Virus record (IMG/VR): IMGVR_UViG_3300027963_000002 | Reading direction: 5' to 3' (one strand) | Source: an uncultured virus (IMG/VR IMGVR_UViG_3300027963_000002) | Lineage: Duplodnaviria > Heunggongvirae > Uroviricota > Caudoviricetes | DNA: 20,000 nucleotides | In this document: positions 1-6,952 of the stretch, piece by piece | How the letters are laid out: each line of letters begins with the position of its first letter | Position numbering within the stretch: the stretch's first letter is position 1 | Translations under genes and position numbers: made by a program | The notes under the pieces: model-generated | Database searches by the model: none | Told to the model about the DNA's origin: nothing | The model's input: only the letters and a program-made list of their open reading frames with translations

Positions 1-414
1 ATGCCGGAATCAGAATTGATCCTGCCGCCCGGAATGAAAATTCCAAAAATGGATCATGAATACGAAACAGCAGAACAAAAAGCACAATCGTTACCTGAAC
101 CAAAAGGGTGGCGCTTATTGTGTGCTTTAGTAGAAGCTGGCGATACTTACGATAGTGGTATTGTTAAATCAGGCCAAACAATTAAAACAGAGGAAATTAC
201 TTCTCCAGTTCTATTTGTTGTTAAAACGGGCCCGACTGCGTATAAAGACCCTGATAAGTTCCCTGACGGTGCATGGTGTGCGGTAGGCGATTTTGTTATT
301 ACCCGCCCCTACAGTGGTACACGCATCATGATTCATGGAAAAGAGTTTCGTTTGATTAATGATGATCAAGTTGAAGCAACAGTCGAAGACCCACGCGGCA
401 TTTCCCGCGTTTAA
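1..414 (+). CDS. groES: Phage-encoded co-chaperonin GroES (Cpn10)-like protein
   Basis: Cpn10 pattern: P.GWRLL, mobile-loop-like DSGIVK, VVKTGP.AY, VGDFVI...YSGT.I...GKEFRLINDDQV.A.V. Lies directly upstream of the head genes. The window starts at its ATG, so the RBS is not visible. Confidence 0.88.
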   Translation: MPESELILPPGMKIPKMDHEYETAEQKAQSLPEPKGWRLLCALVEAGDTYDSGIVKSGQTIKTEEITSPVLFVVKTGPTAYKDPDKFPDGAWCAVGDFVITRPYSGTRIMIHGKEFRLINDDQVEATVEDPRGISRV

Positions 415-426
415 CAGGAGATTTAC

Positions 427-1404
427 ATGGCAGATAATGATGATTTTAAGTTTCCGCATGAAACGGAAGAAGTAGAAAGTAAGGGTAAACCCGAAGATGA
501 TATTGAAATTGACATATCGGGCGAATCAGACATTTCTATTGAAATTGAAGACGACACACCGGTTCGTGATAGAACGGCTAAGCCACTTGATGAAGAAGTA
601 ACAGATCCTACCGATGAAGAAATCGAAGGGTATACCAAGGGTGCTCAAGCACGAATTAAACAACTAACCCATGCACGCCACGACGAACGGCGTGAAAAAG
701 AAGCGGCACAACGTGAAAAGCAAGAGCTTGAAAAACTGGCTCAGCAAATCATGGATGAAAACCGCAAACTTAAACAATACGTACAGACTGGCGAAAAAAC
801 TTTTGGCGAAATGCAACAGGCTAAAGCTGAAGCCGAGCTAGAAATGGCACGGCGGAAGTATAAAGAAGCCCAAGAATCATATGATTCCGACGCTATGCTT
901 GATGCACAAGAGTCTTTAACCGATGCAAAGATGAGGCTTGAAGCTGCAAAGAATTTTAGGCCAACCCCTTTACAAACGGAAGAAAGTAGTGTACAAACGT
1001 ATTCATCGACACCTCAAGCACCTAGACTTGACGACAAAACCTTGCGCTGGCAAGCTAAAAACCAGTGGTTTGGGTCTCCGGGGTACGAAGAACTGACAGC
1101 CTTTGCACTAGGGCTGCACCAAAAACTAGTTGCTACCGGGGTTGATCCCCGCTCTGATGAATACTTCGATCGTGTTGACGGTCGCTTAAAACAAGTATTC
1201 CCTGAAGTGTTTAAAGACACTACGGCGGCGAAAGCTGAGCCAACAAGGAAACCTGCAAATGTTGTGGCTCCTGCTTCTCGTTCTACGGGAGCAAAAAAAG
1301 TAATCACATTGAATGCGACGCAAGCTCGTTTAGCAGACAAATTTGGTTTAACTCACAAACAATATGCACAGGAAGTTCTTAAATTGGAGGTTCAAAATGG
1401 CTGA
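427..1404 (+). CDS. Putative capsid scaffolding protein
   Basis: Very acidic N-terminus, long E/K/Q/A coiled-coil middle, short C-terminal helical motif (LNATQARLADKFGLTHKQYA). AGGAG RBS at ~416. Positioned upstream of the major capsid gene. Confidence 0.7.
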   Translation: MADNDDFKFPHETEEVESKGKPEDDIEIDISGESDISIEIEDDTPVRDRTAKPLDEEVTDPTDEEIEGYTKGAQARIKQLTHARHDERREKEAAQREKQELEKLAQQIMDENRKLKQYVQTGEKTFGEMQQAKAEAELEMARRKYKEAQESYDSDAMLDAQESLTDAKMRLEAAKNFRPTPLQTEESSVQTYSSTPQAPRLDDKTLRWQAKNQWFGSPGYEELTAFALGLHQKLVATGVDPRSDEYFDRVDGRLKQVFPEVFKDTTAAKAEPTRKPANVVAPASRSTGAKKVITLNATQARLADKFGLTHKQYAQEVLKLEVQNG

Positions 1405-1846
1405 TAACCGCAAACCCCGTGACTTAGATTCACGCGAAAATAACCCAACTCGTTATGTTTATACACCAGCGAGTACGTTACCCAGTCCTACACCAGATCC
1501 AGACTACGATTTTTTCTATGTAGCTACATCTGTTGCAGGACAAGATCATGCGACCAATGTTTCACAAAAGTTTCGTGATGGCTGGGTACCGGTAAAGGCA
1601 GTAGATCATCCTGAGTTACAGGTATCTCCTAACAAAGACGGAAACGTTGAAATTGGCGGTTTGCTTTTATGCAAAAAACCAAAAGAAATGAATCAGGCTC
1701 GTCGGGAATATTTTGAGAAAAAAGCTCAAGCTCAAATGGACTCTGTCGACAATAGTTTTATGAAAAACAATAACCCCAACATGCCTTTGTTTAGCGAGCG
1801 TAAAAGCACAACAACTAAAGGACGCGGGTTTGGTAATGGTTCTTAA
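1397..1846 (+). CDS. Conserved phage head-region hypothetical protein
   Basis: Start moved to ATG 1397 (GGAGG at 1386-1390; overlaps the previous stop). Contains a NVSQKFRDGWVPV...IGGLLLCKKP motif of the kind seen between scaffold and capsid genes in such phages. Confidence 0.75.
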   Translation: MADNRKPRDLDSRENNPTRYVYTPASTLPSPTPDPDYDFFYVATSVAGQDHATNVSQKFRDGWVPVKAVDHPELQVSPNKDGNVEIGGLLLCKKPKEMNQARREYFEKKAQAQMDSVDNSFMKNNNPNMPLFSERKSTTTKGRGFGNGS

Positions 1847-1868
1847 TTTTTTAATCTAGGAGATTTAA

Positions 1869-2495
1869 ATGGCTTATCCAACCGTTTCTGCTCCCTACGG
1901 CTTAGTGCCTGTTAACCGGATCGACTTTATGCCCTATGCTGGGGCTACACGTCTATTGCCAATCGCTAGTACTTATAATACTGCGATTTTCAACGGTGAC
2001 ATCGTTATGCTAAAAGGTGGCAATATTATTAAATCAAACGTTACTGTTGATTCAACCACAGACAACACCGCTAATTTGACTTATGGTGTGTTTATGGGTG
2101 TTCAATATGTTAACAGTCAAAGTCAGTTGATTCAGTCGCAATATTACCCCGGTAATGCTGCTGCTACTTCTGCTGTTGCTTATGTTGTTGATGATGCATC
2201 TGCTGCATTTAAAGTAGCTATTACCTATTCTGGTAACACTACAATTACTACAGCTAACTCGTCTATTGTTGGTACGAACCAAACTTTACGTCAAGGTACA
2301 GGATCCACCACTACTGGTGATTCCGCCGTTTCGCTTATTGCTCCCGTAGTTGGTAGCGGTAACGCAGCAGCAGCACCTGTTCGCGTAGTTGCAGTAGTTC
2401 CAGAAACAGCCTCTAGTGCAAACGCCTACACGGAAGTTATCGTGAAGTTGAATAACCCCCAAATTCTGTTGGCTGCGGCCCAGAATTACGTTTAA
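1869..2495 (+). CDS. Putative capsid decoration/stabilising protein
   Basis: AGGAG RBS. A/T/V/S-rich beta-type protein (APYGLVPV..., IFNGDIV, AYVVDD) immediately upstream of the major capsid gene. Confidence 0.6.
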   Translation: MAYPTVSAPYGLVPVNRIDFMPYAGATRLLPIASTYNTAIFNGDIVMLKGGNIIKSNVTVDSTTDNTANLTYGVFMGVQYVNSQSQLIQSQYYPGNAAATSAVAYVVDDASAAFKVAITYSGNTTITTANSSIVGTNQTLRQGTGSTTTGDSAVSLIAPVVGSGNAAAAPVRVVAVVPETASSANAYTEVIVKLNNPQILLAAAQNYV

Positions 2496-2507
2496 GGAGC
2501 TAATTAA

Positions 2508-3422
2508 ATGGCTATTTCACGCGCACAGCTCCTCAAAGAGCTACTCCCCGGTCTCAACGCTTTGTTTGGTTTAGAATACAAACGCTATGGCGAAGAGCAC
2601 AAAGAGATCTACGAAACTGAGAAATCAGAACGTAGTTTTGAAGAAGAAACAAAGCTGTCAGGCTTTAGCGCTGCACCAGTTAAAAACGAAGGCTCTGCCA
2701 TCGCTTATGACAATGCACAAGAAGCTTTCACAGCTCGCTACAACCACGAAACCATTGCTTTGGGTTTTTCGATTACTGAAGAAGCAGTCGAAGATAACTT
2801 ATACGATGCATTATCTGGTCGTTACACCAAAGCCTTAGCTCGTGCTATGGCATACACCAAGCAAGTTAAAGCTGCCGCAATTTTAAACAACGGTTTTACC
2901 AACTCTAGCCAATATTACGGCGGCGATGGCGTACCTTTGTTTTCAACTGCACATCCTTTAGTTTCTGGTGGTACTAACAGCAACACCCCATCAACTGCCG
3001 CTGACTTGAATGAGACTTCGTTAGAAGCCGCTGTTATTCAAATTGCTGCATGGACTGATGAGCGTGGACTGTTAATTGCCGCTATGCCACGTAAATTAGT
3101 TATTCCTCCAGCATTGCAATTCGTTGCAACCCGCTTGTTGGAAACTAACCTACGCGTTGGTACTAACGACAATGACATCAATGCCTTGAAAAACAATGGT
3201 TCAATCCCAGAAGGTTACGCAATTAACCACTATCTGACTGACACCAATGGTTGGTTCTTGACAACTGATGTTCCTAACGGCATGAAGCATTTTGAGCGTA
3301 TGCCTTTGGCTAACAGCATGGACGGCGATTTCGACACAGGTAACGTACGTTACAAGTCTCGTGAGCGTTATTCGTTTGGTTGGTCAGATCCGCTTGGCAT
3401 GTTTGGTTCGCCCGGAGCTTAA
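2508..3422 (+). CDS. Major capsid protein (HK97-fold, Mu gpT-like family)
   Basis: 304 aa, MAISRAQLLKELLPGLNALFG...SERSFEEE...PRKLVIPPAL...DFDTGNVRYKSRERYSFGWSDP. Strong AAGGAG RBS; followed by an intrinsic terminator. Confidence 0.9.
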   Translation: MAISRAQLLKELLPGLNALFGLEYKRYGEEHKEIYETEKSERSFEEETKLSGFSAAPVKNEGSAIAYDNAQEAFTARYNHETIALGFSITEEAVEDNLYDALSGRYTKALARAMAYTKQVKAAAILNNGFTNSSQYYGGDGVPLFSTAHPLVSGGTNSNTPSTAADLNETSLEAAVIQIAAWTDERGLLIAAMPRKLVIPPALQFVATRLLETNLRVGTNDNDINALKNNGSIPEGYAINHYLTDTNGWFLTTDVPNGMKHFERMPLANSMDGDFDTGNVRYKSRERYSFGWSDPLGMFGSPGA

Positions 3423-3440
3423 GTCTTATATAAGACTAAT

Positions 3441-3474
3441 GAAGACCCCGCTCAAAAGGCGGGGTTTTTCTTTT
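3441..3474 (+). terminator. Rho-independent terminator after the major capsid gene, possibly bidirectional
   Basis: Stem ACCCCGC / GCGGGGT with a 7-nt loop, followed by TTTTCTTTT. The convergent HNH gene stops inside the loop. Confidence 0.85.
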
Positions 3475-3808
3475 CTTCAGAATGATGGATTCTGTGGCAG
3501 TTTGCGCATAGTACTATGCACTTTTTAATTTCTTCTTTAGCTTTCTTGTACAAACCTTGTTGGGCTAAGTAATTTACTGATTTATGGTTTGTGCGGTCAA
3601 CATGGTGAAAATCTAATGCTGCTGGGTGGTTAAAACCGCATTTAGTACAAGCAAAGGTTGCTTTAAAAGCTTGCCATTCTATTCGTTTATTTTTTCTATG
3701 TTTAGCATTTGCAACTAAAACTTTTTCTTTATTTTCTGCATAGTGTTTAGCAGAACTTTTTTTAGATGATTCTTTTTTTCTTGGGTCGTTTGGATCTTTA
3801 TAAGGCAT
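3452..3808 (-). CDS. HNH endonuclease (free-standing)
   Basis: CTKCG...LDFHH...KCIVLCANCHRIHH zinc/HNH motifs with a basic N-terminus. Start placed at ATG 3808 (MPYKDP), overlapping the end of the upstream gene. Confidence 0.88.
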   Translation of the reverse strand: MPYKDPNDPRKKESSKKSSAKHYAENKEKVLVANAKHRKNKRIEWQAFKATFACTKCGFNHPAALDFHHVDRTNHKSVNYLAQQGLYKKAKEEIKKCIVLCANCHRIHHSEEKKNPAF

Positions 3809-4268
3809 TTTTTGTATATATGGTAGGATGCTTACTATCAAAAGAATAAACTTTAATCTGTCCTCCAGAATACAAATCGACCTGACAGGCCGCCCAACAA
3901 GCGTCTTCGGCTGTATGCCCTAATGACATTCCTGCTAATGCCGCTAAAGTACCACTGCCTAAAGCGTCTTGGGTATGAATTTGCCAAAAACGCAAGTCCT
4001 TACCAGAAACAAATATACCCGTTTCCGAAAGCAGCATAAAGTCTGCATCATCTGCATCTTTTATAATTGGTACTTTGCCCTTTTTACCTTCCATAAAGTA
4101 CTGAACAACTTCTTGAATACTCATCGTACTTCCAGCCCCAGCTAGCCACCCTTGCGGAACCCTATATACTTTATCGCTATTTAATTCTTTAGTATCAGAA
4201 TCGTCATCAGAAGTTTGACTATCGGAAACAAGAATCTTTCTTTTAGCATCGCCCACTATAGTAGTCAT
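3798..4268 (-). CDS. Ntn-hydrolase, HslV/proteasome beta-subunit-like peptidase
   Basis: Start at 4268 gives M-TTIV (N-terminal Thr nucleophile), SDSQ (Asp17-equivalent), DKV (Lys33-equivalent), LAGAG, ALGSG, then A..A...DLYSGG.I.V. These are the HslV/20S beta signatures in the expected order. Confidence 0.82.
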   Translation of the reverse strand: MTTIVGDAKRKILVSDSQTSDDDSDTKELNSDKVYRVPQGWLAGAGSTMSIQEVVQYFMEGKKGKVPIIKDADDADFMLLSETGIFVSGKDLRFWQIHTQDALGSGTLAALAGMSLGHTAEDACWAACQVDLYSGGQIKVYSFDSKHPTIYTKNAL

Positions 4269-4411
4269 TTGGTTGCCATCATCCACAAACCTACATTAGC
4301 GCCAGCGTAACAGATGTAACAGATCAGCATTGGTATGTTTCCCTTAAGACCTTGTTCTACGGCTATGTAAAAATAAATTATGCCAGTTACGATAATAAGC
4401 CAAGCACTCAC
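4265..4411 (-). CDS. Small two-helix membrane protein (48 aa; not in ORF track)
   Basis: Hand translation from GTG 4411: MSAWLIIVTGIIYFYIAVEQGLKGNIPMLICYICYAGANVGLWMMATK*. GGGGGT SD-like sequence upstream; ATGA overlap with the protease start. Confidence 0.8.
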   Translation of the reverse strand: MSAWLIIVTGIIYFYIAVEQGLKGNIPMLICYICYAGANVGLWMMATK

Positions 4412-4458
4412 GGCACCCCCACGTATTTATTGGTCTTTGCCTATTTTACCCAATATTC

Positions 4459-4487
4459 TTGCGCATCATTAAAAAAAGTAGTAATAT
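4459..4487 (+). promoter_or_regulatory. Sigma70-like promoter
   Basis: TTGCGC (4459-4464), 17 bp, TAATAT (4482-4487). The predicted start (~4494) coincides with the 5' edge of the structured RNA. Confidence 0.65.
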
Positions 4488-4495
4488 CGTATAAA

Positions 4496-4563
4496 CCGGG
4501 AAAACCGGCTTATCAAACTGTCCCGGCAGACAGCATATTGATTGATAAGCTGATCTTATATGC
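4496..4563 (+). ncRNA. Structured double-pseudoknot leader RNA, probably Mu-gpT-DE motif
   Basis: 11-bp stem 4506-4516/4542-4552; inner CTG/CAG stem whose loop TCCCGG (4521-4526) is complementary to CCGGGA (4496-4501); GCATAT (4533-4538) is complementary to ATATGC (4558-4563). The context (downstream of a gpT-like capsid gene and terminator, upstream of an unknown gene) matches my recollection of the Mu-gpT-DE motif. Confidence 0.7.
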
Positions 4564-4577
4564 AAGGACAATTTATC

Positions 4578-5087
4578 ATGACTTTAGCAACTACCTCGTC
4601 TTTATGGCGTTCAACAGGTGGCGATTCTACTCGTACAGCTTATGCTGGCTCAATGGAAATGGTCGCTCAGTTTTACGTCGCCAACTCATCTTCTACTTCT
4701 GCTAATGTAGCAGTTTCAGCTACTAATACGGCTGCAGTTATTCTGCCAGCTAACACGGTTGTTTTGCGTGTAACGATTACTACTGGTTCAACGGGTGCAA
4801 ATTCAGCAGCTAACATAGGGTTTACCCCAATTACTGGCGGCGGCCCCGGACAAGCGATTGCTTTAGGCACTAACGTTCCTGCTGCTTTTACAAGCGCTGC
4901 TAACGTAGTTGCTCGCACAACTATTAACGTAGGTGGTACAGGCGGCGGCGCTTCTTTAGGCAACGTAGCTAATGCAACTAATTTAATTATTGTTACTTCT
5001 GCTATTGGCGCTGCTGGTGCTGTTGGCGGCCCTGTAACAGGTTTAATTAGTTATTACGTAGCGGACAACGGTCAGCAAAACGTTTAA
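4578..5087 (+). CDS. Putative virion structural protein (A/G/T/N-rich)
   Basis: Start moved to ATG 4578 after AAGGA (4564-4568). Beta-rich composition with a VILPANTVVLRVTI motif. Confidence 0.7.
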   Translation: MTLATTSSLWRSTGGDSTRTAYAGSMEMVAQFYVANSSSTSANVAVSATNTAAVILPANTVVLRVTITTGSTGANSAANIGFTPITGGGPGQAIALGTNVPAAFTSAANVVARTTINVGGTGGGASLGNVANATNLIIVTSAIGAAGAVGGPVTGLISYYVADNGQQNV

Positions 5088-5095
5088 TTAATCTA

Positions 5096-5109
5096 GGGGG
5101 TTCGCCCCC
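5096..5109 (+). other. GGGGG-TTCG-CCCCC hairpin (mRNA stabiliser or weak terminator)
   Basis: Perfect 5-bp GC stem with a UUCG loop in an intergenic gap; no immediate U-tract. Confidence 0.6.
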
Positions 5110-5133
5110 ACTTAAATCTTTAGGAGATTAATT

Positions 5134-5424
5134 ATGGGTATGCAATATGACGTACAAATGGTTCATGCGGATGCAAACGTACAAGCTATTACGGGTCCTG
5201 TTCGGGTAAAAGGTTATCAAGTAGCCTCTGGTGGGGTTGCTGGCGAGATTCAGTTTTGGGATACCGCTTCTAATTCCGCTACTGGCACAGAACGCCTAAC
5301 ACTAAATGTCACTACCAATACCGCCGTTATTTCTACATTGATACCGGGCGAAGGTATTCGTTTTAACCTTGGTGTTTATATAAAACTACCAACTAACGCA
5401 GCAGTTACAACATTTTATGGCTAA
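5134..5424 (+). CDS. Small beta-rich putative structural protein
   Basis: AGGAG RBS; GPVRVKG...IPGEGIRF..GVY...TTFYG pattern. Confidence 0.7.
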   Translation: MGMQYDVQMVHADANVQAITGPVRVKGYQVASGGVAGEIQFWDTASNSATGTERLTLNVTTNTAVISTLIPGEGIRFNLGVYIKLPTNAAVTTFYG

Positions 5425-5674
5425 GAAAAAAGGTCCCTCTCTAGCAATAGGTCGTGGTGAAAAGCTTCCTGTATCTAAGGGGGCTGGGCTAACTGCCAAA
5501 GGCCGTGCAAAGTATAACGCCGCTACTGGATCTAACCTAAAGGCTCCACAGCCCGAAGGTGGTGCTAGGAAGAAGTCGTTCTGCGCCCGTATGTCTGGTA
5601 TGCCCGGTCCAATGAAAGACGAGAAGGGTAGACCTACTCGTAAAGCGGCTAGTCTAGCTCGATGGAAATGTTAA
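5417..5674 (+). CDS. Small basic phage protein (DUF6321-like, from memory)
   Basis: GLTAKGRAKYN...NLKAP...RKKSFCARM.GM...RWKC; overlaps the previous stop. Confidence 0.7.
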   Translation: MAKKKGPSLAIGRGEKLPVSKGAGLTAKGRAKYNAATGSNLKAPQPEGGARKKSFCARMSGMPGPMKDEKGRPTRKAASLARWKC

Positions 5675-5675
5675 A

Positions 5676-5921
5676 ATGAGTATTGACGCAATTGAAACAG
5701 CAAGAGAATTAGCCACCCACGCTAGTAACATTGAACACTTGCAGGAAGATATGGATAAGATGATAAAGGAGATGGCTGAAATTAAAACCACGCTCCAAAA
5801 CATTGAAAAAACCCTGTCTGAAGCTAAGGGTGGATGGAAAACGTTAATGGCTATTGGTGGCTTTATTAGTTTTTTAACTGGTATAGCTGGTTTTATTGCT
5901 GGATATTGGGGGCAAAAATAA
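5676..5921 (+). CDS. Coiled-coil protein with C-terminal transmembrane helix (XhlA/holin-like)
   Basis: Heptad N-terminal half followed by hydrophobic LMAIGGFISFLTGIAGFIAGYW. Confidence 0.7.
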   Translation: MSIDAIETARELATHASNIEHLQEDMDKMIKEMAEIKTTLQNIEKTLSEAKGGWKTLMAIGGFISFLTGIAGFIAGYWGQK

Positions 5922-6211
5922 TGCCATCGACATCTAAAAAGCAACACAACTTTATGGCAGCAATTGCGCATAACCCAGCATTTGCAAAGAAGGTAGGAGT
6001 TCCACAGTCCGTGGGACAAGATTTTAACAAAGCCGATAAAGGCAAAACTTTTAAAGAAGGTGGAACTATGAAAAAACCAAATCCTTTTATGGAAATGATT
6101 GCAAAGAAAAAAGAAGCTGCTGGTAAAAAACCAGCTAAAGGTGCTGCAATGCCTATGAAAAAAGGCGGCACAGCTATGAAGAAAATGAATAAAGGCGGAA
6201 AGGCTTGCTAA
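5921..6211 (+). CDS. Small Lys-rich protein with repeated xxxGG motifs
   Basis: Start ATG 5921 (TAATG overlap): MPSTSKKQHNFMAAIAHNP...FKEGG...MKKGG...MNKGG. Confidence 0.75.
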   Translation: MPSTSKKQHNFMAAIAHNPAFAKKVGVPQSVGQDFNKADKGKTFKEGGTMKKPNPFMEMIAKKKEAAGKKPAKGAAMPMKKGGTAMKKMNKGGKAC

Positions 6212-6213
6212 TT

Positions 6214-6438
6214 ATGAAAAGCGATATGAAAGAAGATACAAAAATGGACAAAGCCCAAGACACGGCTATGATTAAAAAAGCTTTTAAACAGCACGATATG
6301 CAAGAGCATAAAGGCGGTAAAGGTACAACTTTAAAATTAGCCAAAGGCGGATCTGCATCTGCTCGCGCTGATGGTTGCGCTGTTAAAGGCAAAACCAAAG
6401 GCAAAATGATTTCTATGGCTGGCGGCGGGTGCAGCTAA
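6214..6438 (+). CDS. Small Lys/Gly/Met-rich protein
   Basis: Start ATG 6214; contains LAKGG, SARADGCAVKGKTKG and MAGGG. Confidence 0.75.
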   Translation: MKSDMKEDTKMDKAQDTAMIKKAFKQHDMQEHKGGKGTTLKLAKGGSASARADGCAVKGKTKGKMISMAGGGCS

Positions 6439-6440
6439 TT

Positions 6441-6680
6441 ATGGCTAAAAACGGCTACGACCAAACGTACGAAAATGATCGCTTGCAAAACGAAGAAGAC
6501 AAAGGTCTTCCTAAACGCGCTGCCAAGGCTCTTTTAAATGCAGTAAAACCAAAAGCAACTAAGCCTGATATGGGTGAAACTACTAATCCTATGGGCGACA
6601 AGTATGCTAAAGGCGGTTCTGTATCATCAGCTTCTAAACGTGCAGACGGGTGTTGTATTCGTGGAAAGACAAAAGCATGA
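6441..6680 (+). CDS. Small Lys-rich protein, paralogous C-terminus to the previous gene
   Basis: Start ATG 6441; YAKGGSVSSASKRADGCCIRGKTKA. Confidence 0.75.
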   Translation: MAKNGYDQTYENDRLQNEEDKGLPKRAAKALLNAVKPKATKPDMGETTNPMGDKYAKGGSVSSASKRADGCCIRGKTKA

Positions 6681-6952
6681 GACCTAGTCGTGGTATGGGA
6701 GACATAATGCCTAGCAAAATGCCGGGCAGAAAAACTATTCATCGTAAAGACAAACCACAAGATGTTGAGATGTTTGCTGAGGGTGGTAAAGTTAATGCTG
6801 CTGGTAATTACACAAAACCAAGTATGCGTAAACGGATTGTTTCTCAAGTTAAAGCTGCTGCAACGCACGGTACTAACGCCGGTCAATGGTCGGCTCGTAA
6901 AGCACAGTTAGTAGCAAAAAAATATAAAGCGGCTGGTGGTGGTTACAAATGA
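6677..6952 (+). CDS. Small basic protein; C-half resembles the N-part of DUF5872-like proteins
   Basis: ATGA overlap at 6677; MRPSRGMG...FAEGG, then NYTKP.MRKR...GQWSARKAQL.AK.YK..GGGY. Confidence 0.75.
   Translation: MRPSRGMGDIMPSKMPGRKTIHRKDKPQDVEMFAEGGKVNAAGNYTKPSMRKRIVSQVKAAATHGTNAGQWSARKAQLVAKKYKAAGGGYK

Noticed and set aside
969..997. Possible internal promoter TTTACA-17bp-TACAAA inside the scaffold gene
   Set aside because: The -10 lacks the conserved final T and the site is coding; cannot be supported without transcript data.
211..3528. Alternative-frame and antisense ORFs in the head region (211-459, 423-638, 1014-1340, 2052-2282, 2587-2838, 3292-3528)
   Set aside because: Shadows of well-supported genes; no RBS or recognisable motifs.
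4307..4324. 9-bp tandem repeat GTAACAGAT x2
   Set aside because: Only two copies, encoding ICYICY in the membrane peptide; not an array.
4496..4563. Assignment of the leader RNA to a known self-cleaving ribozyme class
   Set aside because: I could not find hammerhead (CUGAnGA/GAAA), twister or pistol core sequences; ribozyme activity remains only a test to run.
4352..4705. 117-aa plus-strand ORF in the track
   Set aside because: Overlaps the antisense membrane gene, the promoter, the structured RNA and the next gene; no protein features.
5818..5835. EAKGG in the coiled-coil/TM protein as a member of the GG-motif family
   Set aside because: It lacks the leading hydrophobic residue and sits at a membrane-helix boundary; probably coincidental.
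5654..6886. Antisense ORFs over the small basic gene cluster
   Set aside because: Their Phe/Leu/Pro-rich translations are the mirror of Lys/Gly codons on the plus strand.
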